Positions 1-8,168 of a DNA stretch of 32,000 bases are shown in pieces (within the stretch, counting starts at the first letter, position 1; every line of letters begins with the position of its first letter). The translations under genes and the position numbers were made by a program. Under the pieces are notes generated by a model. The model searched no databases. It was not told the origin of the DNA and saw only the letters and a list, made by a program, of their open reading frames with translations. Source of the stretch: Coprobacillaceae bacterium (lineage in GTDB: Bacteria; Bacillota_I; Bacilli_A; Erysipelotrichales; Coprobacillaceae); contig OY780959.1 of the NCBI GenBank assembly GCA_963675915.1, positions 210,001-242,000 of the forward strand, written 5' to 3'.

Positions 1-710
1 AAACTCTGGAAACCATCAGAGAAAACAATCGAATCGCCAAGCTGACTTGCAAACCGATCTGTCAGGATACCGGGATGGCTAATGTGTACATCACCCTGGG
101 ACAGGAAGTCCATATTGTCGGTGGTGACTTGAACGCGGCAATCAATGAAGGGGTTGCCAAAGGTTATGAAGAAGGTTATTTGCGCAAATCGGTCGTGGAT
201 GATCCGTTGTTTGAACGTGTCAACACCAAAAACAACACTCCAGCCTTGACTTATATCGATATCGTTGCCGGTGACGGATTCAAAATCCTGTTCGCGCCTA
301 AAGGATTTGGATCGGAGAATATGTCAAAGATCAAAATGCTCAAACCTAGCGAAGGTGTGGTTGGTGTCAAAGAATTTGTGGAAGAAGTCGTAGTGACTGC
401 CTCTTCAAATCCTTGTCCGCCCATTGTCGTTGGCGTTGGAATCGGTGGTTCTTTTGACAAGGTGGCTTATCTGGCCAAAAAAGCGATGTTAAGAGAAATC
501 GGTTCGAAACATCAGGATCCGCGATATGCCAATCTTGAAGATGAATTGCTTGAAATTGTAAACAATACTGGAATCGGACCGGCGGGACTGGGAGGAAAAA
601 CCACTGCGATCGGCTTGAATATCGAATCGATGCCGACCCATATAGCAGGGCTTCCAGTAGCTGTAGCTATCTGTTGCCATGTGTCTCGTCATATGGAGGC
701 GGAATTATGA
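1..710 (+). CDS. Fe-S (class I) fumarate hydratase / L-tartrate dehydratase, alpha-type subunit; 5' end cut by the window edge
   Basis: The frame is open from nt 3. The translation ...NRIAKLTCKPICQDTGMANVY... carries the CQDTG cluster-ligand motif of Fe-S hydro-lyase alpha subunits, so the ATG at 75 in the ORF track is internal. Stop TGA 708-710 overlaps the next start (ATGA). Confidence 0.8.
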   Translation, partial: TLETIRENNRIAKLTCKPICQDTGMANVYITLGQEVHIVGGDLNAAINEGVAKGYEEGYLRKSVVDDPLFERVNTKNNTPALTYIDIVAGDGFKILFAPKGFGSENMSKIKMLKPSEGVVGVKEFVEEVVVTASSNPCPPIVVGVGIGGSFDKVAYLAKKAMLREIGSKHQDPRYANLEDELLEIVNNTGIGPAGLGGKTTAIGLNIESMPTHIAGLPVAVAICCHVSRHMEAEL

Positions 711-1267
711 TAAAATTACATACACCACTTACAACCGAAAAACTGGTTGGGTTGAAATCCGGTGACCAAGTCCTGCTTTCAGGAACAATTTATACCGGTC
801 GTGATGCGGCCCATGCCAGGTTGGTCAAACTGATTGAAGAACATCAGGGTTTGCCTTTTGAAATCAGAGACGCAACTATTTTTTATGTAGGTCCGACCCC
901 AACCAAGCCAGGAGAAGTATTTGGCAGCGGTGGTCCGACCACATCATATCGGATGGACAGCTTTTCGCCAAAATTGATTGAACTTGGTTTGAAGACGATG
1001 ATCGGTAAAGGGAATCGTTCCAAACCGGTAAAAGACGCCATCAAGAAATATAAAGGTGTTTATTTCGGGGCTATCGGAGGAACCGGGGCCTTGATTGGAA
1101 ACTGTGTCAAAAAAGCCGAGATCATCGCATTCGAGGATCTGGGACCAGAAGCAATCCGCCGACTTGAAGTCGAAGATATGCCGCTGGTAGTAATTAATGA
1201 TGTCCACGGCAACGATCAGTATGAATCGGGACGTGAGGAATACTTGAAATTTAAGGAGAATAAATAG
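707..1267 (+). CDS. Fe-S hydro-lyase beta-type subunit (fumarate hydratase / tartrate dehydratase beta)
   Basis: MIKLHTPLT...GTIYTGRDAAHARL...GGPTTSYRMD...IGKG pattern is typical of the beta/C-terminal catalytic domain. ATG 707 overlaps the upstream stop (ATGA). The track start at 674 lies inside the alpha gene and is less likely. Confidence 0.8.
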   Translation: MIKLHTPLTTEKLVGLKSGDQVLLSGTIYTGRDAAHARLVKLIEEHQGLPFEIRDATIFYVGPTPTKPGEVFGSGGPTTSYRMDSFSPKLIELGLKTMIGKGNRSKPVKDAIKKYKGVYFGAIGGTGALIGNCVKKAEIIAFEDLGPEAIRRLEVEDMPLVVINDVHGNDQYESGREEYLKFKENK

Positions 1268-2493
1268 TGCCTAGAAGAAATTATTCGTACTATGGAAGCA
1301 GACGAAGCAACAATAAATTGAAAATCGCCGGAATAATCGCCTTGGTAGTGGTTATCATCGGGGCTACTGTGTTTTTGAACTTCAATCGGATCAGAGCTTT
1401 GGTCAAAGGATACACCTTTGGTCAGGCCAGTCAGATTGTCGGAATGACCAGTGAGGAAGAAAGTGCAATCCTGAGCGTTGACCGCCTGGAAAATTTTGAT
1501 ACCTGGTATACTTTGGAGGCGACGCCTTTGAATTATATCGATTATGAAAAATTTTATGCCATCAATGACGCGATGGCGGTTGAAGAGGTTGTCGAATATG
1601 TCGACGAATTGAACGGCGACATCGCCAGCAAATTGGCTGCCCTTGGTTATCTTGAAGACGATATCTGGTCAATGATCGAAGATGGGGCCAGTATCAGTGA
1701 TTTTGCCTATTTGATTGACAACAGTCTTTCAGCGGCATCAACAGCACCGTATCGCTTGGAAAATGGTTATGTCATCAAGAACATGGAGCAATACATCCAG
1801 GCAAACAGCACTTACAATGACACTACCTATACAGTAGGGATTGTCAATTATCCGTTCCTGCTTTCAACCAATGACTATAATGGCCGCGGATATACGATTA
1901 CCAATCCGGAAAATATCCTGACTTTGGTAAAAACCGGCTTCTATCTGGAAAGTTCGTACGAGCCAGCTGACTTGGTGGTATCACCGATCCCAATCGCACC
2001 GGATTGTGAAAACACCATGCTGCGCCAGGAAGCGGCTGATGCCCTGATGGAAATGTATCAGGATGCCAAAGCTGAGGGGATGAATCTGGTCTTCAATAGC
2101 GGGTACCGTTCATATGCGGTCCAATCGCAGACTTACCAAGATTTTGAAAACCGTTATGGTGGGATTTATGCATCGGAATACGTTGCCTTGCCAGGAGCCA
2201 GTGAACATCAAACCGGACTGGGTGTCGATCTGACCAGCCAATCGGTGGTTGACGGAACCAGAATCACCTTCGGTGATACGCCGGAATTCAAATGGTGTCT
2301 GGAACATTCAGCCCAATACGGTTATATCAACCGTTACAGTGAAGAGACCAGTGAACTTACCGGAATCGCTCATGAACCATGGCATTTTCGATACGTGGGA
2401 GTTGAAGTGGCTCAAAAAGTAACTGATGTGAATATCACATTTGAAGAATACTGTTTAAGAAACGGAATCCTTCCGGATGTCGTAGCTAGATAA
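1267..2493 (+). CDS. Membrane-anchored D-alanyl-D-alanine carboxypeptidase, peptidase M15B (VanY-like)
   Basis: GTG start overlaps the upstream TAG by 1 nt. N-terminal basic stretch plus TM helix (KIAGIIALVVVIIGATVFL). The C-terminal domain has SGYRSY, SEHQTGLGVDL and EPWHFRYVG, the Zn-ligand/active-site pattern of VanY-type peptidases. Confidence 0.8.
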   Translation: MPRRNYSYYGSRRSNNKLKIAGIIALVVVIIGATVFLNFNRIRALVKGYTFGQASQIVGMTSEEESAILSVDRLENFDTWYTLEATPLNYIDYEKFYAINDAMAVEEVVEYVDELNGDIASKLAALGYLEDDIWSMIEDGASISDFAYLIDNSLSAASTAPYRLENGYVIKNMEQYIQANSTYNDTTYTVGIVNYPFLLSTNDYNGRGYTITNPENILTLVKTGFYLESSYEPADLVVSPIPIAPDCENTMLRQEAADALMEMYQDAKAEGMNLVFNSGYRSYAVQSQTYQDFENRYGGIYASEYVALPGASEHQTGLGVDLTSQSVVDGTRITFGDTPEFKWCLEHSAQYGYINRYSEETSELTGIAHEPWHFRYVGVEVAQKVTDVNITFEEYCLRNGILPDVVAR

Positions 2494-2517
2494 GCCTGAA
2501 ATAATCAGGCTTTTTTT
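2492..2517 (+). terminator. Rho-independent terminator after the VanY-like gene
   Basis: AAGCCTGA-aataa-TCAGGCTT stem-loop starts in the stop codon and is followed by TTTTTT. Confidence 0.75.
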
Positions 2518-2529
2518 AAAGGAAAAATT

Positions 2530-4179
2530 ATGAAAACTATTATTACAACTTTGAATTCGAAATATATCCATAAAGCTCTTTCTTTGCGCTTGCTCTATGT
2601 GGCCTGCAAAGATGATCATGATGTCGATTTTATCGAATTCACCATCAAAGACCAAGAAAACAAAATAATTGATGAACTTCTTGAAACCGGGTGTGACAAC
2701 ATCGCCTTTTCAGTCTACATCTGGAATGTTGAAAAAACGATGGCAATCATTGAAGCAATCAAACAGAAAAGACCGGAAATCAAGATCATTGTCGGGGGGC
2801 CTGAAGTTAGTTATGATGTTGACTATTTCATCGATAATTTCCCAATCGATTATCTGATCTCCGGTGAAGGCGAGCTGGCATTGAATCAATTGCTAAGCGG
2901 ATTGAAAGACAACACCGTTCCAATCATTCAGGGGGTTTCCAGTCAGATGTCCAAAGATTACCGTCAGACTGTGGCGGTCGATCTTGAATATCTCGAGACC
3001 CTGGAATCGCCGTACCTGCTCGAACGGGATCTGCCTGACATGAAAAACCGGATTCTTTATTTTGAGACCAGCCGGGGCTGTCCTTACAAATGCCAATACT
3101 GTCTTTCTTCGCTTGAGGTTGGTTTGCGGTTCTTTTCGCTTGATTATCTGTTCAGCCAACTTGAGGGCTTGTTAAAAACCGAAGTAAAGACAATCAAACT
3201 TCTCGACCGCTCGTTTAATGCCAAGTACGAACATGCGATGGCTATCCTGGAATTCATCGTGGCCCACCAAAAGGATGGGGTGGTGTATCAGTTTGAAATC
3301 AATGGAGATGTCCTTGACCAGCGACTGCTTGATTATCTCTGTAAGGAAGTTCCCGAAGGTCTGATCAGGCTGGAAATCGGGATTCAGTCAACTTATGAGC
3401 CGACCAATCGGGTGGTGCAGCGATTCCAAAATTTCGAGCGCCTCAAGGAAGTGATCATTGCCTTACAAAAATCTCACAATATTGTCCTGCATCTCGATTT
3501 AATCGCCGGGTTGCCTAAGGAAGGACTCGAACGGTTCAAAAAATCTTTCAATGATGTCTTTTCTCTTCATCCCAAAGAGTTGCAGCTAGGCTTCTTGAAG
3601 CTGCTTAGAGGGACAAAACTTCGGAAGGATTACGAAGAATACGGTTATCAGTTTAACCAGGATGCGCCTTATGAAATCATTTCATCAACCGACCTTTCAA
3701 AGGATGATGTTGCTAAAATTCATCTGGCTGAAGAAATGTTGGAAAAATACTGGAACAGCGGCCGCTTCGATAAAACCATGGCCAGAATCTACCAGCGGGA
3801 GGAATCAATGTTCGATTTCTTTCTTGATTTGGGCGAGTATTACCGCGACCAGGGATTCAAGCGGATCGGTTATCAGCTTGATGAACTGTACTCTTATCTG
3901 TGGTCGTTTCTCCAAATTAAAAATGCCGGCTTGTTCAAGTGGCTGCTGATTGATTATTTCACCAATTCGAAGATCAAGCCCAAACGCTTCTATGAAGCGA
4001 CGGTTTCAACCCCGGAAGCCAAAGCGGTGTTGCACCGCCTGGTTGAAAAAGGCTATGATCAGGACCTGTTGTTCCGTTACAGTATCGTTGAACGAGTGGC
4101 TAATGAATATATCATTGGCATCTTCAAAGATTATAGGGTACAATTAATATGTATAGACAGGAGTGAAAAAGATGAATAA
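2530..4179 (+). CDS. B12-binding-domain radical SAM protein with long helical C-terminal extension (DUF4080-like)
   Basis: N-terminal Rossmann-like segment (IAFSVYIWN...IIVGGPEVS) resembles cobalamin-binding radical SAM N-domains. CxxxCxxC cluster motif GCPYKCQYC lies at nt 3079-3102. RBS AAAGGA is 6 nt before the ATG. Confidence 0.8.
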   Translation: MKTIITTLNSKYIHKALSLRLLYVACKDDHDVDFIEFTIKDQENKIIDELLETGCDNIAFSVYIWNVEKTMAIIEAIKQKRPEIKIIVGGPEVSYDVDYFIDNFPIDYLISGEGELALNQLLSGLKDNTVPIIQGVSSQMSKDYRQTVAVDLEYLETLESPYLLERDLPDMKNRILYFETSRGCPYKCQYCLSSLEVGLRFFSLDYLFSQLEGLLKTEVKTIKLLDRSFNAKYEHAMAILEFIVAHQKDGVVYQFEINGDVLDQRLLDYLCKEVPEGLIRLEIGIQSTYEPTNRVVQRFQNFERLKEVIIALQKSHNIVLHLDLIAGLPKEGLERFKKSFNDVFSLHPKELQLGFLKLLRGTKLRKDYEEYGYQFNQDAPYEIISSTDLSKDDVAKIHLAEEMLEKYWNSGRFDKTMARIYQREESMFDFFLDLGEYYRDQGFKRIGYQLDELYSYLWSFLQIKNAGLFKWLLIDYFTNSKIKPKRFYEATVSTPEAKAVLHRLVEKGYDQDLLFRYSIVERVANEYIIGIFKDYRVQLICIDRSEKDE

Positions 4180-5287
4180 GATGATACTGAAAAGGGATGG
4201 CAGTCTGGTTCCCTTCAACTTGGATAAGATCGCAATTGCAATCGAAAAAGCTTTCAAAGCTTGTGGCTATCAAAAAGAAGTCGAAGACAAGGTGCCTTAT
4301 GCCCTGGCCCAAAAAGTACTTGATTATCTTGAAAGCCGGGATACCGGAATACCGACAGTCGAATTCGTACAGGATATTGTCGAAGAAGTTCTAATCAAGG
4401 ATAACTACATGCGCGGGGCCAAAGCTTATATCCTTTACCGGGATAAACGCAACATCCAGCGTAAAGTTTCAGCTTCTTTGGTTGGTTCTTTTGAGGAATT
4501 GAATCTGTATCGACCTAAAAACAACTATTTTAACTCGCCCAAAGTCAAGGCTCAGATTTTTGGTGAAATCAGTCTTAAAAAATATTATGAGTCAACCAGC
4601 TTCGACTGCTTCATGGCCAAATCGCTTGAAGAGGGAATCCTGATCATCGATAATCTTCCTTATCTTAACAACGCGATTTATCAATATGTCATCGATGCGG
4701 CGAAAATCAAAGGTGATAATGTAGAATTCGCCTTCAACAAACTGTTTGAGTTGATTCTGTTGTTTTCGAGATATCAGGTGGGCAACTTGAAAATTGTGAA
4801 TTTTGACAAATTCATCGCTAATTTGCCCCAGTATTCGACCGAACAACTGGAAAATCAGATTGCAATCATCAGCGGCAATCTTAATCTGATGTGTCGCAGC
4901 AGTGTTGTCGTATCGAACGATAATGTCGCTGAAAATATCAGCGCCCTGTTCTTGGAACCGTTTGTTTTCAGTGATGATGTCACCGCTGAAAATACCGTCT
5001 TCAATATCACTGTCGACTATAAACTCCTGCGAATCAAGTCCGATGATTTTGGGATTGATTACGAGGGTTTGGAAGCGCGGATAATTTCATTTCTAAACGA
5101 AAGTTCCCAAAATCTTTTCAAAGATTGCCTCAACTCGGTATCCGACTATCAACAATACCTGGCCAGCGAAAGTTTCCATAATCAGATCAATGTAATCAAT
5201 TTGAGCCGGACTATCGAATTGGAATCTGTTTTCCCCCATTTCGTAAGTACCGATAAGTTTGAAGACAAGATAATAATTAAAGAATAA
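4172..5287 (+). CDS. ATP-cone domain protein of unknown function (371 aa)
   Basis: AGGAG at 4159-4163 lies 8 nt before ATG 4172. The start overlaps the upstream stop (ATGAATAA). The N-terminus ILKRDGSLVPFNLDKIAIAIEKAF...GAKAYILYRDKR is a canonical ATP-cone. I recognise no catalytic motif in the remaining ~280 aa. Confidence 0.7.
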   Translation: MNKMILKRDGSLVPFNLDKIAIAIEKAFKACGYQKEVEDKVPYALAQKVLDYLESRDTGIPTVEFVQDIVEEVLIKDNYMRGAKAYILYRDKRNIQRKVSASLVGSFEELNLYRPKNNYFNSPKVKAQIFGEISLKKYYESTSFDCFMAKSLEEGILIIDNLPYLNNAIYQYVIDAAKIKGDNVEFAFNKLFELILLFSRYQVGNLKIVNFDKFIANLPQYSTEQLENQIAIISGNLNLMCRSSVVVSNDNVAENISALFLEPFVFSDDVTAENTVFNITVDYKLLRIKSDDFGIDYEGLEARIISFLNESSQNLFKDCLNSVSDYQQYLASESFHNQINVINLSRTIELESVFPHFVSTDKFEDKIIIKE

Positions 5288-5289
5288 CC

Positions 5290-5321
5290 AGAAGGTGGAG
5301 CGAACCCATCTTCTTTTTTTG
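5290..5321 (+). terminator. Rho-independent terminator after the ATP-cone gene
   Basis: AGAAGGTGG (5290-5298) pairs with CCATCTTCT (5306-5314, one G-U pair), followed by a T7 run. Confidence 0.7.
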
Positions 5322-5482
5322 TAACTTCAAATTAATAAAATGAGTTGCGAGTAATGAATAAAAACCGAATATTAACGAAACCGGAAAGCGCTTGCAAAAA
5401 ATGTAAAGCCCTTACATAAACAGGTGTGGATAAACATTGGCTGCAAAGCTAGAATTATCTTATTGAAGGAGGAGAGAATATA

Positions 5483-8116
5483 GTGAAAAAGAAAAATTTA
5501 CTCTTAGCAGTTTCTGTCTCGACATCATTTGCTTTTGCAACTAATGTCAGTCCGGTATTTGCGGCGCCAGCCTATAGTTCGGGAGTTACTGTTGAAGAAA
5601 ACACAACTCATCCCGAATGGGATGCGGATTACATCGCAACATTTGTTTACCAAGACAGCGATGCCCGTGATGCAGTGGCAGTCAATGTTCAGGGGGGATT
5701 CCAGTTCTATGATCCAGCGGAAGTTGAAGCTGACGAATATGTCGGTGGTGAAGACAACAGCGACATTGAAATGTTTGATGCCCAAGGGTATGTTGATGGA
5801 ATGTTCCCATCGAGTACCAATACTCAAGGGGGCGGTCCGATCGAATATGATATGAACGAGATTGCCGAAGATGTCTTCGAAGTATCGATTCCGGTTCCGG
5901 CCAACCAATATTACTATGCATACTACGTGACATATGATGGTGAGACCGACCCAATTCAAGTTCTTGATCCAGTCAACATGCCGATTGCCAATGGTGATTC
6001 GGATTCCGGATGGAGCCTGTTCTATGCCGGTCATGGTGAAACCGACGGGCAGGAATATATCTACCCAAGATCAAACATGCAAGGTACGGTGAGTTATGTT
6101 GAATATACTGCAAGTGATGATACCACTCAACCGTTAGGGGTTTATCTGCCATATGGGTATGATTCAAACAAGACCTACAAGACTATTTATGTATCACATG
6201 GTTTTGGTGGCAATGAAGTTGAATGGTTCAATATCGGTTCAGCTAATAACATTATGGATAACCTGATTGCCGATCACGAAGTTGCCAACACCATTGTCGT
6301 AACCATGGATAACATGCATTTTAGCGGTGATGGAGCAGCATCTGCTCAAAACATCGTTGAGAACATTATTCCATTTATGGAAGCTAATTACAGTGTTTCA
6401 ACAGATTCTGAAGACCGGGCAATGGCTGGACTTTCAATGGGTAGTATTGTAACCAATACGGTAGCCCGTGATTATCCAGAAGAATTTGGATATTTCGGTG
6501 GATTCTCAGGGGGAACCACTGACAATGATATTACTCACTATGATGGTGAGGCTTTAAGTCAAACAACCTATTATCTCACTGCCGGGTGTGTCGACTTTGC
6601 CTACAACGGTGTTAATCCGATGAGCTCGGAAACATATATGGCAATGTTGGATGATTTGGGAGTTGACTATGATTTCGATTTGAAATTAGGAGGTCATGAC
6701 TGGTTCACTTGGCGTGATTCATTCACTACATTCGTTAAAGATTATTTATGGGATTATGAAGAAGTGATGCCGGCAACTCCTGAAGGAGTTACAGTTACCG
6801 AAAATACCAATCATCCAGAATGGGATGCTGATTATCTGGCAACGTTCGTTTATCATGATATGGATGCCCGCGATGCGGTAGCGGTGAATGTTACCGGTGG
6901 ATTCCAATTCTTCAAATGGGATGAAGTAGGAAGTTATGTTGCGATGGGGGATAACACTTCGATTCCAACATACAATGCCTTTGAATTTGAAGATGGAATG
7001 TTCCCATCAAGCACCAACACCCAAACCGGAGCATTGATTCCTTATTATATGGTTGAAGTTACTGAAGAATATTTTGAAGTTACTATTCCGGTTCCAGCGA
7101 ACCAATGGTTCTATGCTTTCAATATTGAATATGGTGATGGATCAACTGTTGATCAAATGAAAGATCCTGCCAACATGCCAGTTGCCAATGGTGATTCGGA
7201 TTCTGGATGGAGTCTGTTCTATTCGGGACATGGTGAAACAGCAGGTCAAGAATACATCTATCCTAGCAGTGGAAATCAAGGAACAGTCAGCTATGTAGAT
7301 TATGAAGCAATCGATGGAACTACCCAACCAATCGGAGTCTACCTTCCTTATGGTTATGATTCTACAAAAACTTACAAAACTATTTATGTGTCTCATGGTG
7401 GAGGCGGAAACGAGGTTGAATGGTTAAATATCGGTTCAGCTGCCAATATCATGGATAATCTTATTAATGACAACGAAGTGGCGGCGGCAATCGTGGTTAC
7501 TATGGATAATCAGTATTTTGGTTGGGATTACGACCAAGTTCTGCCAAATGTAATTGACAACATCATTCCATTCGTGGAAGCGAACTACAGTGTTTCGACT
7601 GATGCCACTGATCGTGCTTTCTGTGGACTTTCAATGGGAAGTATGACAACCAATCAAATGGCTAAAACTTATCCAACCGAATTTGGATTCTTTGGGTCAT
7701 TCTCAGGTGGTTCAACTGATCTGGATCCAACACATTACGACGTGGATGCTTTGAATGCCAGCGTGTTATACCTGACTGCAGGACCAATCGACATGGCATA
7801 CAACAATACTATGGGAATCAGCTCATTGGATTACATGGCGCTACTTGATGACCTTGGTGTTGAATATGATTTCGATTTGAAACCTGGAGGTCATGACTGG
7901 TTCGTTTGGCGTGATTCATTGACTACATTTGTCAAAGATTACCTTTGGGACAGTGAAGCGCTGATGGAACCGGTTGAAGATGAAACAACCACTACAACTG
8001 AGGACACTATCGTGGATACTGGTGACAACACCAACGTTACTCTTTATGGAGCGGGATTGATGGTTGCCGGAGCGTCTTTGGCTTATCTTAATAAGAAAAA
8101 CAAAAGATTCAACTAA
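5483..8116 (+). CDS. Secreted, cell-surface-anchored tandem esterase (two Ig-like N-domain + CE1 / 'putative esterase' alpha/beta-hydrolase modules)
   Basis: GTG start sits after a GGAGG RBS. Signal peptide MKKKNLLLAVSVSTSFAFATNVSPVFA/AP. Each module carries YVSHG(F/G)GGNEVEW, GLSMGS (GxSxG nucleophile) and GGHDW, resembling the feruloyl-esterase-type domain of clostridial xylanases. The C-terminus has an IVDTGD motif, a hydrophobic helix and a KKNKRFN tail. Confidence 0.75.
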   Translation: MKKKNLLLAVSVSTSFAFATNVSPVFAAPAYSSGVTVEENTTHPEWDADYIATFVYQDSDARDAVAVNVQGGFQFYDPAEVEADEYVGGEDNSDIEMFDAQGYVDGMFPSSTNTQGGGPIEYDMNEIAEDVFEVSIPVPANQYYYAYYVTYDGETDPIQVLDPVNMPIANGDSDSGWSLFYAGHGETDGQEYIYPRSNMQGTVSYVEYTASDDTTQPLGVYLPYGYDSNKTYKTIYVSHGFGGNEVEWFNIGSANNIMDNLIADHEVANTIVVTMDNMHFSGDGAASAQNIVENIIPFMEANYSVSTDSEDRAMAGLSMGSIVTNTVARDYPEEFGYFGGFSGGTTDNDITHYDGEALSQTTYYLTAGCVDFAYNGVNPMSSETYMAMLDDLGVDYDFDLKLGGHDWFTWRDSFTTFVKDYLWDYEEVMPATPEGVTVTENTNHPEWDADYLATFVYHDMDARDAVAVNVTGGFQFFKWDEVGSYVAMGDNTSIPTYNAFEFEDGMFPSSTNTQTGALIPYYMVEVTEEYFEVTIPVPANQWFYAFNIEYGDGSTVDQMKDPANMPVANGDSDSGWSLFYSGHGETAGQEYIYPSSGNQGTVSYVDYEAIDGTTQPIGVYLPYGYDSTKTYKTIYVSHGGGGNEVEWLNIGSAANIMDNLINDNEVAAAIVVTMDNQYFGWDYDQVLPNVIDNIIPFVEANYSVSTDATDRAFCGLSMGSMTTNQMAKTYPTEFGFFGSFSGGSTDLDPTHYDVDALNASVLYLTAGPIDMAYNNTMGISSLDYMALLDDLGVEYDFDLKPGGHDWFVWRDSLTTFVKDYLWDSEALMEPVEDETTTTTEDTIVDTGDNTNVTLYGAGLMVAGASLAYLNKKNKRFN
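5582..7975 (+). repeat. Intragenic tandem duplication, 2 x ~1.2 kb (period 1203 nt / 401 aa)
   Basis: GVTVEENTTHPEWDADYIATFVYQDSDARDAVAVNVQGGFQF (from 5582) recurs as GVTVTENTNHPEWDADYLATFVYHDMDARDAVAVNVTGGFQF (from 6785). Similarity continues to ...FVKDYLWD in both copies. The DNA copies have diverged mostly at synonymous positions. Confidence 0.9.
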
Positions 8117-8126
8117 TTGAATATCA

Positions 8127-8161
8127 AAAGGGATGGCTTCTTATCACTCGCCATCCCTTTT
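8127..8161. terminator. Bidirectional terminator between the convergent esterase and aminopeptidase genes
   Basis: AAAAGGGATGGC (8127-8138) and GCCATCCCTTTT (8150-8161) form a perfect 12-bp stem. A/T runs on both sides serve either strand. Confidence 0.8.
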
Positions 8162-8168
8162 ATTGATA

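Noticed and set aside
674-706. Track start at 674 for the hydro-lyase beta subunit, and similarly 10379 for ntpC, 24059 for ppk and 24191 for the transposase
   Set aside because: Downstream ATGs (707, 10403, 24005, 24269) have proper Shine-Dalgarno spacing and give N-termini matching family expectations. The longer starts overlap neighbouring genes or lack an RBS. The 24191 start remains possible.
5525-6034. 169-aa minus-strand ORF inside the esterase gene. Similar ORFs lie at 5682-5954, 5973-6167 and 7142-7396 on the minus strand, and at 5529-5855 on the plus strand in another frame.
   Set aside because: They lie entirely within a strongly supported CDS, either antisense or out of frame. 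They have no RBS and a low-complexity Arg/His/Ile-rich composition typical of shadow frames.
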